Assembly (NCBI GenBank): GCA_016699245.1
Contig: CP064968.1
Span: 89,686-153,685, forward strand
Direction: 5' to 3'
DNA from: Candidatus Kaiserbacteria bacterium
GTDB taxonomy: Bacteria; Patescibacteriota; Minisyncoccia; Phycocordibacterales; UBA918
DNA length: 64,000 bases
Below the pieces are notes generated by a model, which made no database searches, had not been told where the DNA came from, and worked only from the letters and a program-made list of their open reading frames with translations. A program made the position numbers and the translations under genes. Numbering within the stretch: the first letter of the stretch is position 1; the number at the start of each line of letters is the position of its first letter. Of this stretch, positions 1 through 9,228 are shown piece after piece.

Positions 1-206
1 TCGATTTTTTCTCCCCCCGGAGGAAAAATCGACGTCGTAAGTCGTTACAATAAGCCCCCCCCTCCAGAGAAAAAACAGGCGATCCAAGGATTAAAGGCGG
101 CTCAGTCGTAATTTTCGTTTCGCCTCGAACTCTACTCAATCTTGCAATTCTAACTTACTCAACACTTTCATTTCTAAATTATCAAAAGTATTTTAATCAC
201 ATCACT

Positions 207-527
207 ATGAACATCTTAAATGAATATCGTGCATACATGAAGGATAACCCAAAAGGTCTTTGGTTTAAACGAAAGTTGTATGGGTGGGGATGGACGCCGG
301 TCACGTGGCAAGGGTGGATGGCAATACTCGGCTTCATCGTCATACTCGTAACTGATTCCATACGTACTGCACAACCGCTCTCTTCCACCGACGTCCCCCC
401 AATCGCATTTCTTCTCCGCATCGTGCTCTACATAGGAGTGCTCATAGCAGTCTGTTACAAGAAAGGCGAAAAACCCAAATGGCAGTGGGGCCTCCCCAAA
501 GACAAAGACATCACCCCCAAGGAATAA
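207..527 (+). CDS. small hypothetical membrane protein (Trp/Gly-rich N-terminus, 2 predicted TM helices)
   Basis: 106-aa ORF with hydrophobic segments ILGFIVILV and IVLYIGVLIAV; no recognisable family. Confidence 0.3.
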   Translation: MNILNEYRAYMKDNPKGLWFKRKLYGWGWTPVTWQGWMAILGFIVILVTDSIRTAQPLSSTDVPPIAFLLRIVLYIGVLIAVCYKKGEKPKWQWGLPKDKDITPKE

Positions 528-627
528 CGTATCCTATTGCCGACATCGTAAGTCGGCAATAAAAATGGCTATCCCAGAGGGAGTGGGTAATTATTTTTTG
601 TGTTGTCGGGTGCTGTATACTTAAGAT

Positions 628-1218
628 ATGTTTCAAAATAAAACACTCTCATGGCTCCTTATGGGCTATGCAGTACTTTTTACCATCCTCGCATTTAACC
701 CCGTGGATCGCTCAATTTGGTTTGATGAGAATCTCACTATATGGATAGTTCTCTCGGCCATACTCATACTCTATGCACGAGGTATTCGTTTTTCTTCGGT
801 TGCATACATACTTATGTTTGTGCTCGTGTATCTGCATACGATTGGCGGTCACTGGACCTTTGCGCTTGTACCGTTTGACTACGTGACCAATTTTTTTGAT
901 TTCGAGCGTAATCACTTTGATCGTATTGCACACTTCTCCGTGGGCTTTTATGCATACCCAGTGGCTGAGTGGCTCTATACAAAGCGCTTGGTAGCCAATA
1001 AGTTTCTTCTCTTTACGTATCCCATCTTTGTGATTGCGACCGTGGCTATGAGTTATGAACTCATAGAGTGGATATATGCAGCAGTTGCTAATCCAGAAGC
1101 AGGCATTGCATACCTCGGAAGCCAAGGCGACATCTGGGATGCTCAAAAGGACATGCTCGCAGACACCCTCGGCGCCCTCCTCGCGACAACCGCATATGTA
1201 TGGCGAAAGCACCTATAG
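628..1218 (+). CDS. polytopic membrane protein, DUF2238/YjdF-like
   Basis: 196 aa with multiple TM helices; pattern (HTIGGHWTF...SYELIEW) resembles the YjdF family. Assignment from memory. Confidence 0.4.
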   Translation: MFQNKTLSWLLMGYAVLFTILAFNPVDRSIWFDENLTIWIVLSAILILYARGIRFSSVAYILMFVLVYLHTIGGHWTFALVPFDYVTNFFDFERNHFDRIAHFSVGFYAYPVAEWLYTKRLVANKFLLFTYPIFVIATVAMSYELIEWIYAAVANPEAGIAYLGSQGDIWDAQKDMLADTLGALLATTAYVWRKHL

Positions 1219-1273
1219 ATATAACAAACAAAATGACGGACATCCGATGTCCGTCATTTTTAATTTATGATTA

Positions 1274-1849
1274 CTAGAAGGGGAGGGAGAAGGTTGTGGA
1301 GCGGTCGGCTTCGGCGGTCCAATTAGAGGTGTTGAGGGGGATTTCGAGTTTTTTTGAGCCTTCTTTGTAGAAGACTTTATGATTTGTGAGAGCGTATTCA
1401 AAAATCTCTTTTGTCACTTTTACATCTTGTTTACAGTATTTTTTAATAGAGGCAATGTCGCCTTCGCGCCACCACTTGATAGCCATGAGGCCGTTGCCTG
1501 CCTTTTTTGTGCCGACAGTTGCCTGTGCTACGGAGTCGAGTTTCAGGCGTCTGCCAAGTGATTCTCGAATCGACGACATGATGTCGATGCTTTTCATCTT
1601 GGTGAGGTCACCGGGATAATATTTATTGAGGAGAGGAATATCAAAATGGTCGCTGTTGTATCCCACGAGTACATCCGCCTTTTCGATAATGGGCCAGAGC
1701 TTCTGAAGCTCATCAATGGCCACGGTGGTGTACTCATTCGTGAGTGAATCGTATGCACACCCTACCGATATCGAAAGGTCCTTAGGGTCATTACTTTCGA
1801 CATCAGCAAAAGTATTTTGAGTTTCTAGGTCAAAGACGACGTATCGCAT
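1274..1849 (-). CDS. RNase-H-like 3'-5' exonuclease (DEDD/YprB-like)
   Basis: N-terminal VVFDLETQ (Exo I DxE motif) and later YNSDHFDIPLL; lies immediately downstream of hisS on the same strand. Confidence 0.5.
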   Translation of the reverse strand: MRYVVFDLETQNTFADVESNDPKDLSISVGCAYDSLTNEYTTVAIDELQKLWPIIEKADVLVGYNSDHFDIPLLNKYYPGDLTKMKSIDIMSSIRESLGRRLKLDSVAQATVGTKKAGNGLMAIKWWREGDIASIKKYCKQDVKVTKEIFEYALTNHKVFYKEGSKKLEIPLNTSNWTAEADRSTTFSLPF

Positions 1850-1860
1850 ACAATTACATT

Positions 1861-3138
1861 TTAGGCATGATTCGCAGTAAGAGAAGTTACCAGGTCCTGA
1901 ATAATGCCCTTGGTCTCCTGCTTTGAGGAGAGCTGTTTAAGTATGAATGACTGTGATGCACATTCATCACTTCCAACGACAAGCACATACTGCGCACCTC
2001 CATCGCTTGCGGCGGAAATCTTTTTAGCAAGTTTTTTATCGCTGATGTCGACTGCAGTGCGGATGTCACTTGCACGGAAAGTCTGTGCTATTTTTTCACT
2101 TTCAAGATTGAATGCGGAGTCTGTAGGAATAACCATGAGTGTTGGAGCGGTGACATGGATGTCTTTGGGAAGAAGTTTGTGGGTGAGGAGGAAATCCTTC
2201 ATAACGACGTCTCCCATGCCAAAGCCAATACCCGAAACAGCATCACCTCCAAAGAGCCCCGTGAGATTGTTGTAGCGGCCACCACCGAGCATTGAACGAC
2301 TATTTTCGGGGGAAGTATCAAAGACTTCAAAAATAGTCCCCGTGTAGTAATCGAAGCCGCGCGCGAGGGATGCATCAAAGACGACATTGGCAATACCAAG
2401 TTCTTTGAGTGCGTCGATTATTTTTGAGAGCGTGGTTTCTTCACGAAGCGCTTCAGGTGTTGTCGCGTCGAGGCCTGCTATGAGTCTGTCGGTGTCAGGC
2501 ACGATTGCACCGAGCATCATTTTAAACTCCGCAGCGCTTACTTTATGTTTGCGGTCGACAATACGGGTGACTGCACGGATAGAGTCTGCGTCGAGATGGA
2601 AGATGTGCGCATACCATGCTTCCATGAGCGCACGATCGTTGAGGCGGATTTTGAATGTGTCAGGAGTAGCACCAAAGGCGGTGAGTGTGTGATAGGCGAG
2701 TGCAATCATTTCAATCTCAGCCGCGATATCATTGACCCCAAACATGTCGCAGTTCAATTGCCAGTGCTCACGAAGTCGGCCACGCTGAGGGCGTTCATAC
2801 CGAAAGAGATTAGGAATAGCATACCAGCGCACGGGGAAGGAAAGGTCCCGCTTCCGTGCGGCTATCATACGCGCTACCGTCGGGGTCATTTCTGGACGAA
2901 GCGTCACTTCTCGCTCGCCACGGTCGATAAAGGTGTATGTTTGTTCATTAACAATCTCTTCACTTGTTTTTGAACGATAGAGTTCTGCGGGTTCAAGTAT
3001 AGACGCATCGTAACGTGCAAAGCCAAATGACTCAGCAGTTTTTGACCAGGTATCAAAAATGTACCTTTGCACGGCCATGTCTTCTGGATAAAAGTCTCGG
3101 GTACCTTTGTAGGCCTCGGTGCTTAATTTATTGGTCAT
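1861..3138 (-). CDS. hisS: histidine--tRNA ligase (class II aaRS)
   Basis: 425 aa; GTRDFYPEDM and RYERPQRGRLREHWQ motifs typical of HisRS; C-terminal anticodon-binding region. Confidence 0.9.
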   Translation of the reverse strand: MTNKLSTEAYKGTRDFYPEDMAVQRYIFDTWSKTAESFGFARYDASILEPAELYRSKTSEEIVNEQTYTFIDRGEREVTLRPEMTPTVARMIAARKRDLSFPVRWYAIPNLFRYERPQRGRLREHWQLNCDMFGVNDIAAEIEMIALAYHTLTAFGATPDTFKIRLNDRALMEAWYAHIFHLDADSIRAVTRIVDRKHKVSAAEFKMMLGAIVPDTDRLIAGLDATTPEALREETTLSKIIDALKELGIANVVFDASLARGFDYYTGTIFEVFDTSPENSRSMLGGGRYNNLTGLFGGDAVSGIGFGMGDVVMKDFLLTHKLLPKDIHVTAPTLMVIPTDSAFNLESEKIAQTFRASDIRTAVDISDKKLAKKISAASDGGAQYVLVVGSDECASQSFILKQLSSKQETKGIIQDLVTSLTANHA

Positions 3139-3186
3139 AATGTAGTTTTATTGTATGTGAAAGTTGTGCTGAACACAAGAAAGAAT

Positions 3187-3738
3187 TTATACCTCGGATT
3201 GAGTCTGAGGGGAGCGATGTGGCATGAGATTATCAGACGAATTAACAATAAGCGCCTTGATATCTGCGGGGCATGGAATGCCCGTTACTTTAAAGAGGTT
3301 CTCCTCACCCGCTGTCTGGATTTCGAGGGTACCGTAGTCGAGGAATGTCGCAAGAATGCCATCGACACGGACGCTGATATCTTGCATACGTTCGAGGCGA
3401 AAACTCGACATAGTGCGCCTGAAGAAACCCTGCTGGTCGGTAGCAATGAGTCGCTTGTTGGTGACCGTCCACACATCGAGGTAGTAGTTGGTCCAAATAC
3501 TAAAGAGCACCATCCAGAGTATGATGAGCCATGCACAATAGAGTGTGACGACAAAGGCATCGTTTATCGGGATGAGTTTTGTGATGGTTGTACTACTTGT
3601 TGCAACACCAAAAAAAGGAAGGGGGAGGATAGCAAGTACAACTATACTAATCACATGCATACAAAGTACAAACCAGTGTTTCCGTACTTGGAGGAGAATT
3701 TCCTCATCATCATCGAGTTGAATCTTTTCAGTTTTCAT
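3187..3738 (-). CDS. membrane protein with bacterial PH (bPH_2/YdbS-like) domain
   Basis: Two N-terminal TM helices followed by a ~100-aa soluble domain; architecture typical of DUF304/bPH proteins. Confidence 0.4.
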   Translation of the reverse strand: MKTEKIQLDDDEEILLQVRKHWFVLCMHVISIVVLAILPLPFFGVATSSTTITKLIPINDAFVVTLYCAWLIILWMVLFSIWTNYYLDVWTVTNKRLIATDQQGFFRRTMSSFRLERMQDISVRVDGILATFLDYGTLEIQTAGEENLFKVTGIPCPADIKALIVNSSDNLMPHRSPQTQSEV

Positions 3739-3947
3739 AGCGTGTTGATGCCGAGAGAAAGCGTTAAGAAGAGGACTGCGCCTCCGGTGAGGTATGTCGC
3801 GAGTGCTATAAGAGATATCTGTTTACTCGTTCCGTAGGTGAACCAATGGTAACTAAGAATGATGCCGTGGATTGTAAAAAAAAGAATGAGAACAAAAAAA
3901 AGCATTTCACTTGTAAAATGCATATATTGCCAGAATGGTGACGTCAT
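3735..3947 (-). CDS. small hypothetical membrane protein
   Basis: 70 aa with two hydrophobic helices; 4-bp overlap with the downstream gene suggests co-transcription. Confidence 0.3.
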   Translation of the reverse strand: MTSPFWQYMHFTSEMLFFVLILFFTIHGIILSYHWFTYGTSKQISLIALATYLTGGAVLFLTLSLGINTL

Positions 3948-3970
3948 AGACAGTATTGTGACACAAATAT

Positions 3971-4735
3971 TTACGTATCGCGAGTAAATCGTGTGTACCG
4001 AAGAACTCCATATTGGTCGGGATGCGTGGTAGGAGTCAGGCCTGCCATACGAGCGAATGCATGAATGGCGGTCACTTGTTCGGGTTCGTGTTCGAGATAA
4101 AGTACACCAGTAGGGGAGAGATGCTCGGGCGCACTCACTATAATTGTTTCAATGAATATCATGCCATCCTTGCCACCATAGAGAGCGAGAGCGGGTTCAT
4201 GGGTTTCGACCTCGGGCGCTACGCGCCCGAGGTTTTTATCAATATACGGAGGGTTACTCAAAATATAATCATACGTGCCAGTGATTTCATCAAAGAGCGA
4301 ACCACCAAAGATACAGGAGCGAGATGGGTCAAGCGTATTTTCGGTGAGATTTTTGAAAATCGTAGGATGGTGGTGTTCGGCTATTTCTCCAAAATCAACG
4401 TGCGACTCGGGAAGAGCATGTAATACTGCAACGCCCACACAGCCTGAGCCAGCACAGAGGTCGAGTACGTGGAGCGACTTTTCTTTTTGCATTGACATTT
4501 CTGCTATCGCTTTTTCCACCCAAAACTCAGTTTCGGTGCGGGGAATGAGAGGGCGAGCGCCTGTGAGTCTCGTTGTAGGAATGTCGAGAAAAATGGTGGT
4601 TCCTAAAAAGGCAACTGAGCCAATTACATATGCAAGCGGCTCACCATTTTTCAGACGCATACAGTCGGTGGAAAAACCTTCGGATTTCTCACCGTGGTAT
4701 TTTTCCTTGAGTAGCCACTCTTCATCTTGATTCAT
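3971..4735 (-). CDS. prmC: release-factor glutamine N5-methyltransferase PrmC/HemK
   Basis: LSNPPYI (NPPY) catalytic motif and LDLCAGSG SAM-binding motif. Confidence 0.8.
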   Translation of the reverse strand: MNQDEEWLLKEKYHGEKSEGFSTDCMRLKNGEPLAYVIGSVAFLGTTIFLDIPTTRLTGARPLIPRTETEFWVEKAIAEMSMQKEKSLHVLDLCAGSGCVGVAVLHALPESHVDFGEIAEHHHPTIFKNLTENTLDPSRSCIFGGSLFDEITGTYDYILSNPPYIDKNLGRVAPEVETHEPALALYGGKDGMIFIETIIVSAPEHLSPTGVLYLEHEPEQVTAIHAFARMAGLTPTTHPDQYGVLRYTRFTRDT

Positions 4736-4826
4736 ATTGAGACTATACGTGTTTCGAATCTATTACTCAAGATTGATATACACAAGAGTACGGGACTGTT
4801 TGCTGGCACGTGGTACAATTTTTGAT

Positions 4827-5846
4827 ATGAGAAATAATACTGATTTATATAATACGGTTGCGCAATTGATGCAGCCAGGGAAAGGTCTGCTTGCTGCTGA
4901 CGAAAGTGATGCAACTGCAGGAAAGCGTCTTGAGATTGCAAAGTTACCCAACCAGCCAGGCAACCGCCAAGATTTTCGCGAAATGCTCTTTACAGCGCCA
5001 GCTATTGAGGAGTACCTGTCGGGCGTTATTCTCTATGACTCAACCATTAAAGAAAGTACCGACCAAGGTGTACCCTTTGTTGATATTCTTGTAGCACGAG
5101 GGATTGTTCCGGGTATTAAGGTGGATATGGGTGTAAAGCCATTTCCGGAATCAGCAGGAGAGGTGATAACGCGTGGACTTGATGGTCTTGAAGATAGACT
5201 TAAGGAATACTATGACATCGGCGCACGCTTCACCAAGTGGCGGGGAGTAATTACCATTGGTGACAATGTCCCCACTGATGAATGTATTGAACTCAATGCA
5301 GTTCAAATGGCTATGTATGCACTCAGTGTGCAAGCACAGGGCATGGTGCCTATCGTGGAACCTGAGGTGATGTTCCAAGGTGACCATTCTCTTGAAGAGG
5401 CAGAAGAGGTGACTACCCGTACACTCACGACACTTTTTGCGGTGCTGAAGAAATACCATGTTGACCTGAAAGGACTCATCCTCAAATCAAGTATGGTGCT
5501 TGCGGGCGACGCATACAAAGAGCAGTCCACGCCTGAAGAAGTAGCTGCATCAACACTTCGCACCTTTAAACTTTCTGTCCCACGAGAGGTGGGAGGAATC
5601 GTATTTCTCTCTGGAGGGCAAACCTCAAAGCGTGCTACGGAGAATCTCCAAGCTATTGCGGCCTTTGGTCCACAACCGTGGCCTATTACATTCTCGTACT
5701 CACGCGCGATTCAGGAACCGGTACTTGTAGCATGGCAGGGTAAATCAGAAAATATTCCACAAGCACAAAAGATGCTTCTCTTCCGCTCAAAGATGAACAG
5801 TCTTGCACAACAGGGCAAGTACAATCCCGCAGATGAGGGTAAATAA
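4827..5846 (+). CDS. fba: fructose-bisphosphate aldolase, class I
   Basis: KGLLAADES signature of class-I aldolases near the N-terminus; likely start at M (4827) inside the longer ORF 4737..5846. Confidence 0.85.
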   Translation: MRNNTDLYNTVAQLMQPGKGLLAADESDATAGKRLEIAKLPNQPGNRQDFREMLFTAPAIEEYLSGVILYDSTIKESTDQGVPFVDILVARGIVPGIKVDMGVKPFPESAGEVITRGLDGLEDRLKEYYDIGARFTKWRGVITIGDNVPTDECIELNAVQMAMYALSVQAQGMVPIVEPEVMFQGDHSLEEAEEVTTRTLTTLFAVLKKYHVDLKGLILKSSMVLAGDAYKEQSTPEEVAASTLRTFKLSVPREVGGIVFLSGGQTSKRATENLQAIAAFGPQPWPITFSYSRAIQEPVLVAWQGKSENIPQAQKMLLFRSKMNSLAQQGKYNPADEGK

Positions 5847-5850
5847 ATAA

Positions 5851-5880
5851 AAAGACGAGGTACTGACCCCGTCTTTTACT
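5851..5880. terminator. bidirectional hairpin terminator between convergent fba and rpmG
   Basis: aagacgagg-tactga-ccccgtctt stem (8/9 bp) flanked by A- and T-runs. Confidence 0.4.
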
Positions 5881-6054
5881 TTATTTTTTCTCTTTGTAAA
5901 CAGTGTGTTTTTGTGCGATTGGGTTGAATTTCTTGAACTCAAATTTCTTGTCAGCGAGCTTCTTTTTATTCTTTCTTGTGTAATACGTATGACCTTTTCC
6001 GACACCTTTTGAGTCGCCCTGAGAGACAAGTTTAATTAGTTTATCCTGTGACAT
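5881..6054 (-). CDS. rpmG: 50S ribosomal protein L33 (Cys-less form)
   Basis: 57-aa ORF missing from the supplied ORF track. MSQDKLIKLVSQGDSKGVGKGHTYYTRKNKKKLADKKFEFKKFNPIAQKHTVYKEKK aligns closely with E. coli L33 (IKLVS..GTGHFYTTTKNKR...KLELRKFDP..RQHVIYKE). Confidence 0.8.
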   Translation of the reverse strand: MSQDKLIKLVSQGDSKGVGKGHTYYTRKNKKKLADKKFEFKKFNPIAQKHTVYKEKK

Positions 6055-6117
6055 AGTGGGACGATAGTACCAAAAATAAGGATATTAGTCAACGAAGCGT
6101 GGTTGGGTGCTCCCGCC

Positions 6118-6933
6118 CTAAAACCGCTTGGTCCAAAGACCGGTCTTTGGACCAAAGGAGAAGTAGCGGCCGATTTTGGTGCGGTGGATAGAATATGCGA
6201 GTCCGCCTGTACCCAATTGTGCTCCCACATACCCCGCTAACGAGCGCATATACGTACCCGAAGAGGCGACAATGGTGACGGTGATGAGGGGGAGTACTGA
6301 AGGTGCTTCAGTTGCAAACTGGTTCCATGACGCGCGCACGTCGTCGCGTCTAAAGTCTGCTCCGAGTGCCTTGCTTTTCTCAGTGACTTTGGGAATAGTT
6401 TCGATTTTTGTACGGACGTTCTCAAGTACCTCCTCGCGTGTTACCATGCGCACACTTTGGAGTGTGACATGGTGAATAATGGAGTGCTTCATAGGGATTT
6501 CAATCTCATGAAGGCGTTTTTCAAGTGCCCAGGTATGGAGTGGTTTGCCACGTACTGTTTTAGATGAGAAGTGCGGATAGGGAAGTGAAATAGGTCCACG
6601 AAGCCGTGAGAGTGTTCCAGAGATGTCCATTCGTGTAAGGGGCGGGAGGAAACATGGCTCGATGAGTCCGAGCACATCACCTGTGTCTGATCGTGCACCA
6701 AGGAGTATTTCCACGCAGTATTCTTTATCAAATGAGTGATATTCTTTTTGCTTTTTGCACTCATCACCAATGAGAATAAGTAGTTTTCCTGACGCCATAG
6801 GGTCGAGTCGACCGGCGTAGGCAAAGGGAACGCTTGCGGGAATCCTGAGGGATTCCCGCAAGCGTTCCGCTGCCACAAGTGGCGTCTCGCCGACAGCTTT
6901 TTCTACAGTAGCCCATATAGGGTAGGGATTCAT
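6118..6933 (-). CDS. truB: tRNA pseudouridine(55) synthase TruB
   Basis: AYAGRLDPMASGKLLILIGDECK matches the TruB catalytic motif (GxLDPxAxGxL) and downstream KEY...GARSDTGD resembles E. coli TruB. The 3' end overlaps a perfect 28-bp palindrome (6127-6154), so the exact C-terminus is uncertain. Confidence 0.65.
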   Translation of the reverse strand: MNPYPIWATVEKAVGETPLVAAERLRESLRIPASVPFAYAGRLDPMASGKLLILIGDECKKQKEYHSFDKEYCVEILLGARSDTGDVLGLIEPCFLPPLTRMDISGTLSRLRGPISLPYPHFSSKTVRGKPLHTWALEKRLHEIEIPMKHSIIHHVTLQSVRMVTREEVLENVRTKIETIPKVTEKSKALGADFRRDDVRASWNQFATEAPSVLPLITVTIVASSGTYMRSLAGYVGAQLGTGGLAYSIHRTKIGRYFSFGPKTGLWTKRF

Positions 6934-7010
6934 ACATACAAATATAGCACTTTTAAGAAGTATGAAAAAAGGCGATTCCGAAGAATCGCCTCATGTGGCA
7001 CAGAGAGCGC

Positions 7011-7310
7011 CTAGGTCGTATAGACCGGGAGTTGGAAGTAGAGCACCAAACGTTGGGCCGCTCTCTCGATTTCCTTTACGACGAGATTGAACTTCTTCAA
7101 GAGAGTATCAAAAAAGTTTTGGATTTCGTCGAGATGCACCGAATTGAGCATCGGGGTTCGCGAGTTTGGCTTTGCGATACCGATTGCCAACTTGAAATGT
7201 TCACCTTCTTGCCTGAACTGGTAATCAAGTTCTTGGGCATGCTTCAGCCAATTTGCGACGGCCCTCTTGATGCTCCGTACATGGTCACAGTTGCGTTTCT
7301 TTCTAGCCAT
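7011..7310 (-). CDS. hypothetical protein
   Basis: 99-aa ORF; the opposite strand carries an equally long overlapping ORF (6993..7361). Which strand is coding, if either, is unresolved. Confidence 0.2.
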   Translation of the reverse strand: MARKKRNCDHVRSIKRAVANWLKHAQELDYQFRQEGEHFKLAIGIAKPNSRTPMLNSVHLDEIQNFFDTLLKKFNLVVKEIERAAQRLVLYFQLPVYTT

Positions 7311-7485
7311 TGCTTGCTCCCATTTGTTGAAAAAACACGTTTCGAACCATTCAAAACGTAAGGAAGACTATAACACTACACAACAATAAACACAAGATGC
7401 ACAGGGTATATACCTGTGTAAGGTATACTTACTAGATTCGTCACTAGAAGTACACATTACTATTTTATTATTTCCTTGAAAATTC

Positions 7486-8676
7486 ATGATATCTCGATTC
7501 CTTGTTATTTCTTGTCTTATGACGCTCATTGGAGCGCCAGCCTTAAGTAGCGCCGCTACTTCTTCAAACGATTTAGAAGTATCGGGTTGGATGCCCTATT
7601 GGCGTGATTCAGAGGCCATTAAAGATGCAAAAAAGCATCTGGGAAGTATTGATGCGGTGTACCCGTTTGCCTTTACGGTGACTACCAAAGGCGAACTTCG
7701 TGACCAGGCCGGGCTCACTGACAAAGAATGGAAAGATTTCATCAAACTTGCACAGAAAAAGAAAGTGGAAGTAATTCCCACTGTTATGTGGAGTGATGGG
7801 GCGAGCATTCATACGGTCTTGAGTGCAACCACCACTCGTACTGCACATATCAAAGAAATTACTACGATGGTGAAGAAAGGAAAGTTTGATGGCGTGGATA
7901 TCGACTATGAGGGTAAGAAGTCAGAGACGATTAACTATTTTTCACTCTTTCTCAAGGAACTAAACGATGCACTTGGTGAGAAATCTCTCCTCTGCACTAT
8001 AGAAGCACGTACACCCCCTTCGTCTCTGTACAAAGAAGTACCTGCTGTCATAAATTACGCTAATGACTACAAAGCAATCGCGAAATACTGCGATCAGGTA
8101 GAAATCATGGCATATGATCAACAACGCGCCGATATTAAACTCAATGAAGAACGCTCCGGTAAGCCATACATGCCTGTCGCTGATGCAGAATGGGTAGAAA
8201 AAGTAATACAGCAAACACTTAAAGATATTCCAAAAGAAAAAATTGTTGTTGGTATTTCTTCATATGGGCATCACTATGCGGTGATGGTGGCTCCCAATTG
8301 GTATCGTGACTATTGGAAACTTGGTGCAATGAATGTACCAAGCCTTCTTGATATAGCAAAGGAAAACAAAGTGACTCCAACACGCAATGACGCAGGCGAA
8401 ATGAGTTTTACCTATTTACCAGAGTCTTCTAAAGTGAAATTCCCAAGTTCACTCAAAATTCCTAAAAACACACCAAAAGGGCAATTAGTTGCCGCGAAAG
8501 CACTAGCATATGCCAATAAGACAGGGAAGGAAGTGTATTTTCAAATGGGATGGTATTCAGATGTGGGCGCAATGGAGGATAAAATCAACCTCGCAAAAAA
8601 GTATGGTCTCAAGGGTGTTGCATTCTTTAAGATTGATGGAGAAGAGGATCAGAAGGTGTGGAAGATTTTGAAGTAG
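7486..8676 (+). CDS. secreted glycoside hydrolase family 18 (chitinase/YaaH-like)
   Basis: N-terminal signal peptide; DGVDIDYEG matches the GH18 catalytic DxxDxDxE motif. Confidence 0.75.
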   Translation: MISRFLVISCLMTLIGAPALSSAATSSNDLEVSGWMPYWRDSEAIKDAKKHLGSIDAVYPFAFTVTTKGELRDQAGLTDKEWKDFIKLAQKKKVEVIPTVMWSDGASIHTVLSATTTRTAHIKEITTMVKKGKFDGVDIDYEGKKSETINYFSLFLKELNDALGEKSLLCTIEARTPPSSLYKEVPAVINYANDYKAIAKYCDQVEIMAYDQQRADIKLNEERSGKPYMPVADAEWVEKVIQQTLKDIPKEKIVVGISSYGHHYAVMVAPNWYRDYWKLGAMNVPSLLDIAKENKVTPTRNDAGEMSFTYLPESSKVKFPSSLKIPKNTPKGQLVAAKALAYANKTGKEVYFQMGWYSDVGAMEDKINLAKKYGLKGVAFFKIDGEEDQKVWKILK

Positions 8677-9193
8677 TACGGAAGAGCGCACGGTACTCAT
8701 CATGAATGAGGTAGAGAATCACAAGGTCAACGATAATGACTCCTGCGAGTACGAGTGAATGCGTAATGGTAAAGCGTACTATGCCATAGAAAATAAAAAG
8801 TGCGATGAGACCCATAGCAATAGGAAATGCCTTTTTTATATGTTTGAGGAGACAAAGGGAAAGTATGATGTCAACAGTCCCCCAAAAGATAAAATAAAAT
8901 GCTATGAAATAGGTGACGGTGATGTCGTGTGTATTTAAAAGTACGTATGCCTTTCCGAGGAGAATATCAGTTGTCTTTCCTGTGAGTTCATGAGACATGA
9001 GTGAATACATATACTCAGAAAGAGGTTGTCCTGTAATTTTAAGCAAAGAGGTTCCCAAAATAAGACGCAAAAACCCGTAGAAAATGCGCCACCACATACT
9101 CAGCTTAAAAAGAAAGGAAAGATGGAGTTGGATTTCTTCTTCAATAGATTCTACGATATGAGACATGTGAGAAATAGTATAGCAGACAAGCAC
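8627..9193 (-). CDS. hypothetical polytopic membrane protein
   Basis: 188 aa with 4-5 hydrophobic helices; no recognised family. Confidence 0.35.
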   Translation of the reverse strand: MLVCYTISHMSHIVESIEEEIQLHLSFLFKLSMWWRIFYGFLRLILGTSLLKITGQPLSEYMYSLMSHELTGKTTDILLGKAYVLLNTHDITVTYFIAFYFIFWGTVDIILSLCLLKHIKKAFPIAMGLIALFIFYGIVRFTITHSLVLAGVIIVDLVILYLIHDEYRALFRTTSKSSTPSDPLLHQS

Positions 9194-9228
9194 AAAAAAA
9201 GACCTAGCGTAGGTCTTTTTTGTGGCTA

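Noticed and set aside
1-60. Hairpin tcgattttttctcc-cccc-ggaggaaaaatcga at the window start, and a repeated tcgtaagtcg motif (33-50, 545-560)
   Set aside because: The structure is truncated by the window edge and the upstream context is missing; the short repeated motif could be chance in AT-rich DNA.
6993-7361. Plus-strand 122-aa ORF overlapping the minus-strand 99-aa ORF
   Set aside because: The two candidates are mutually exclusive and neither has recognisable motifs or an RBS; the minus-strand one is kept at low confidence only.
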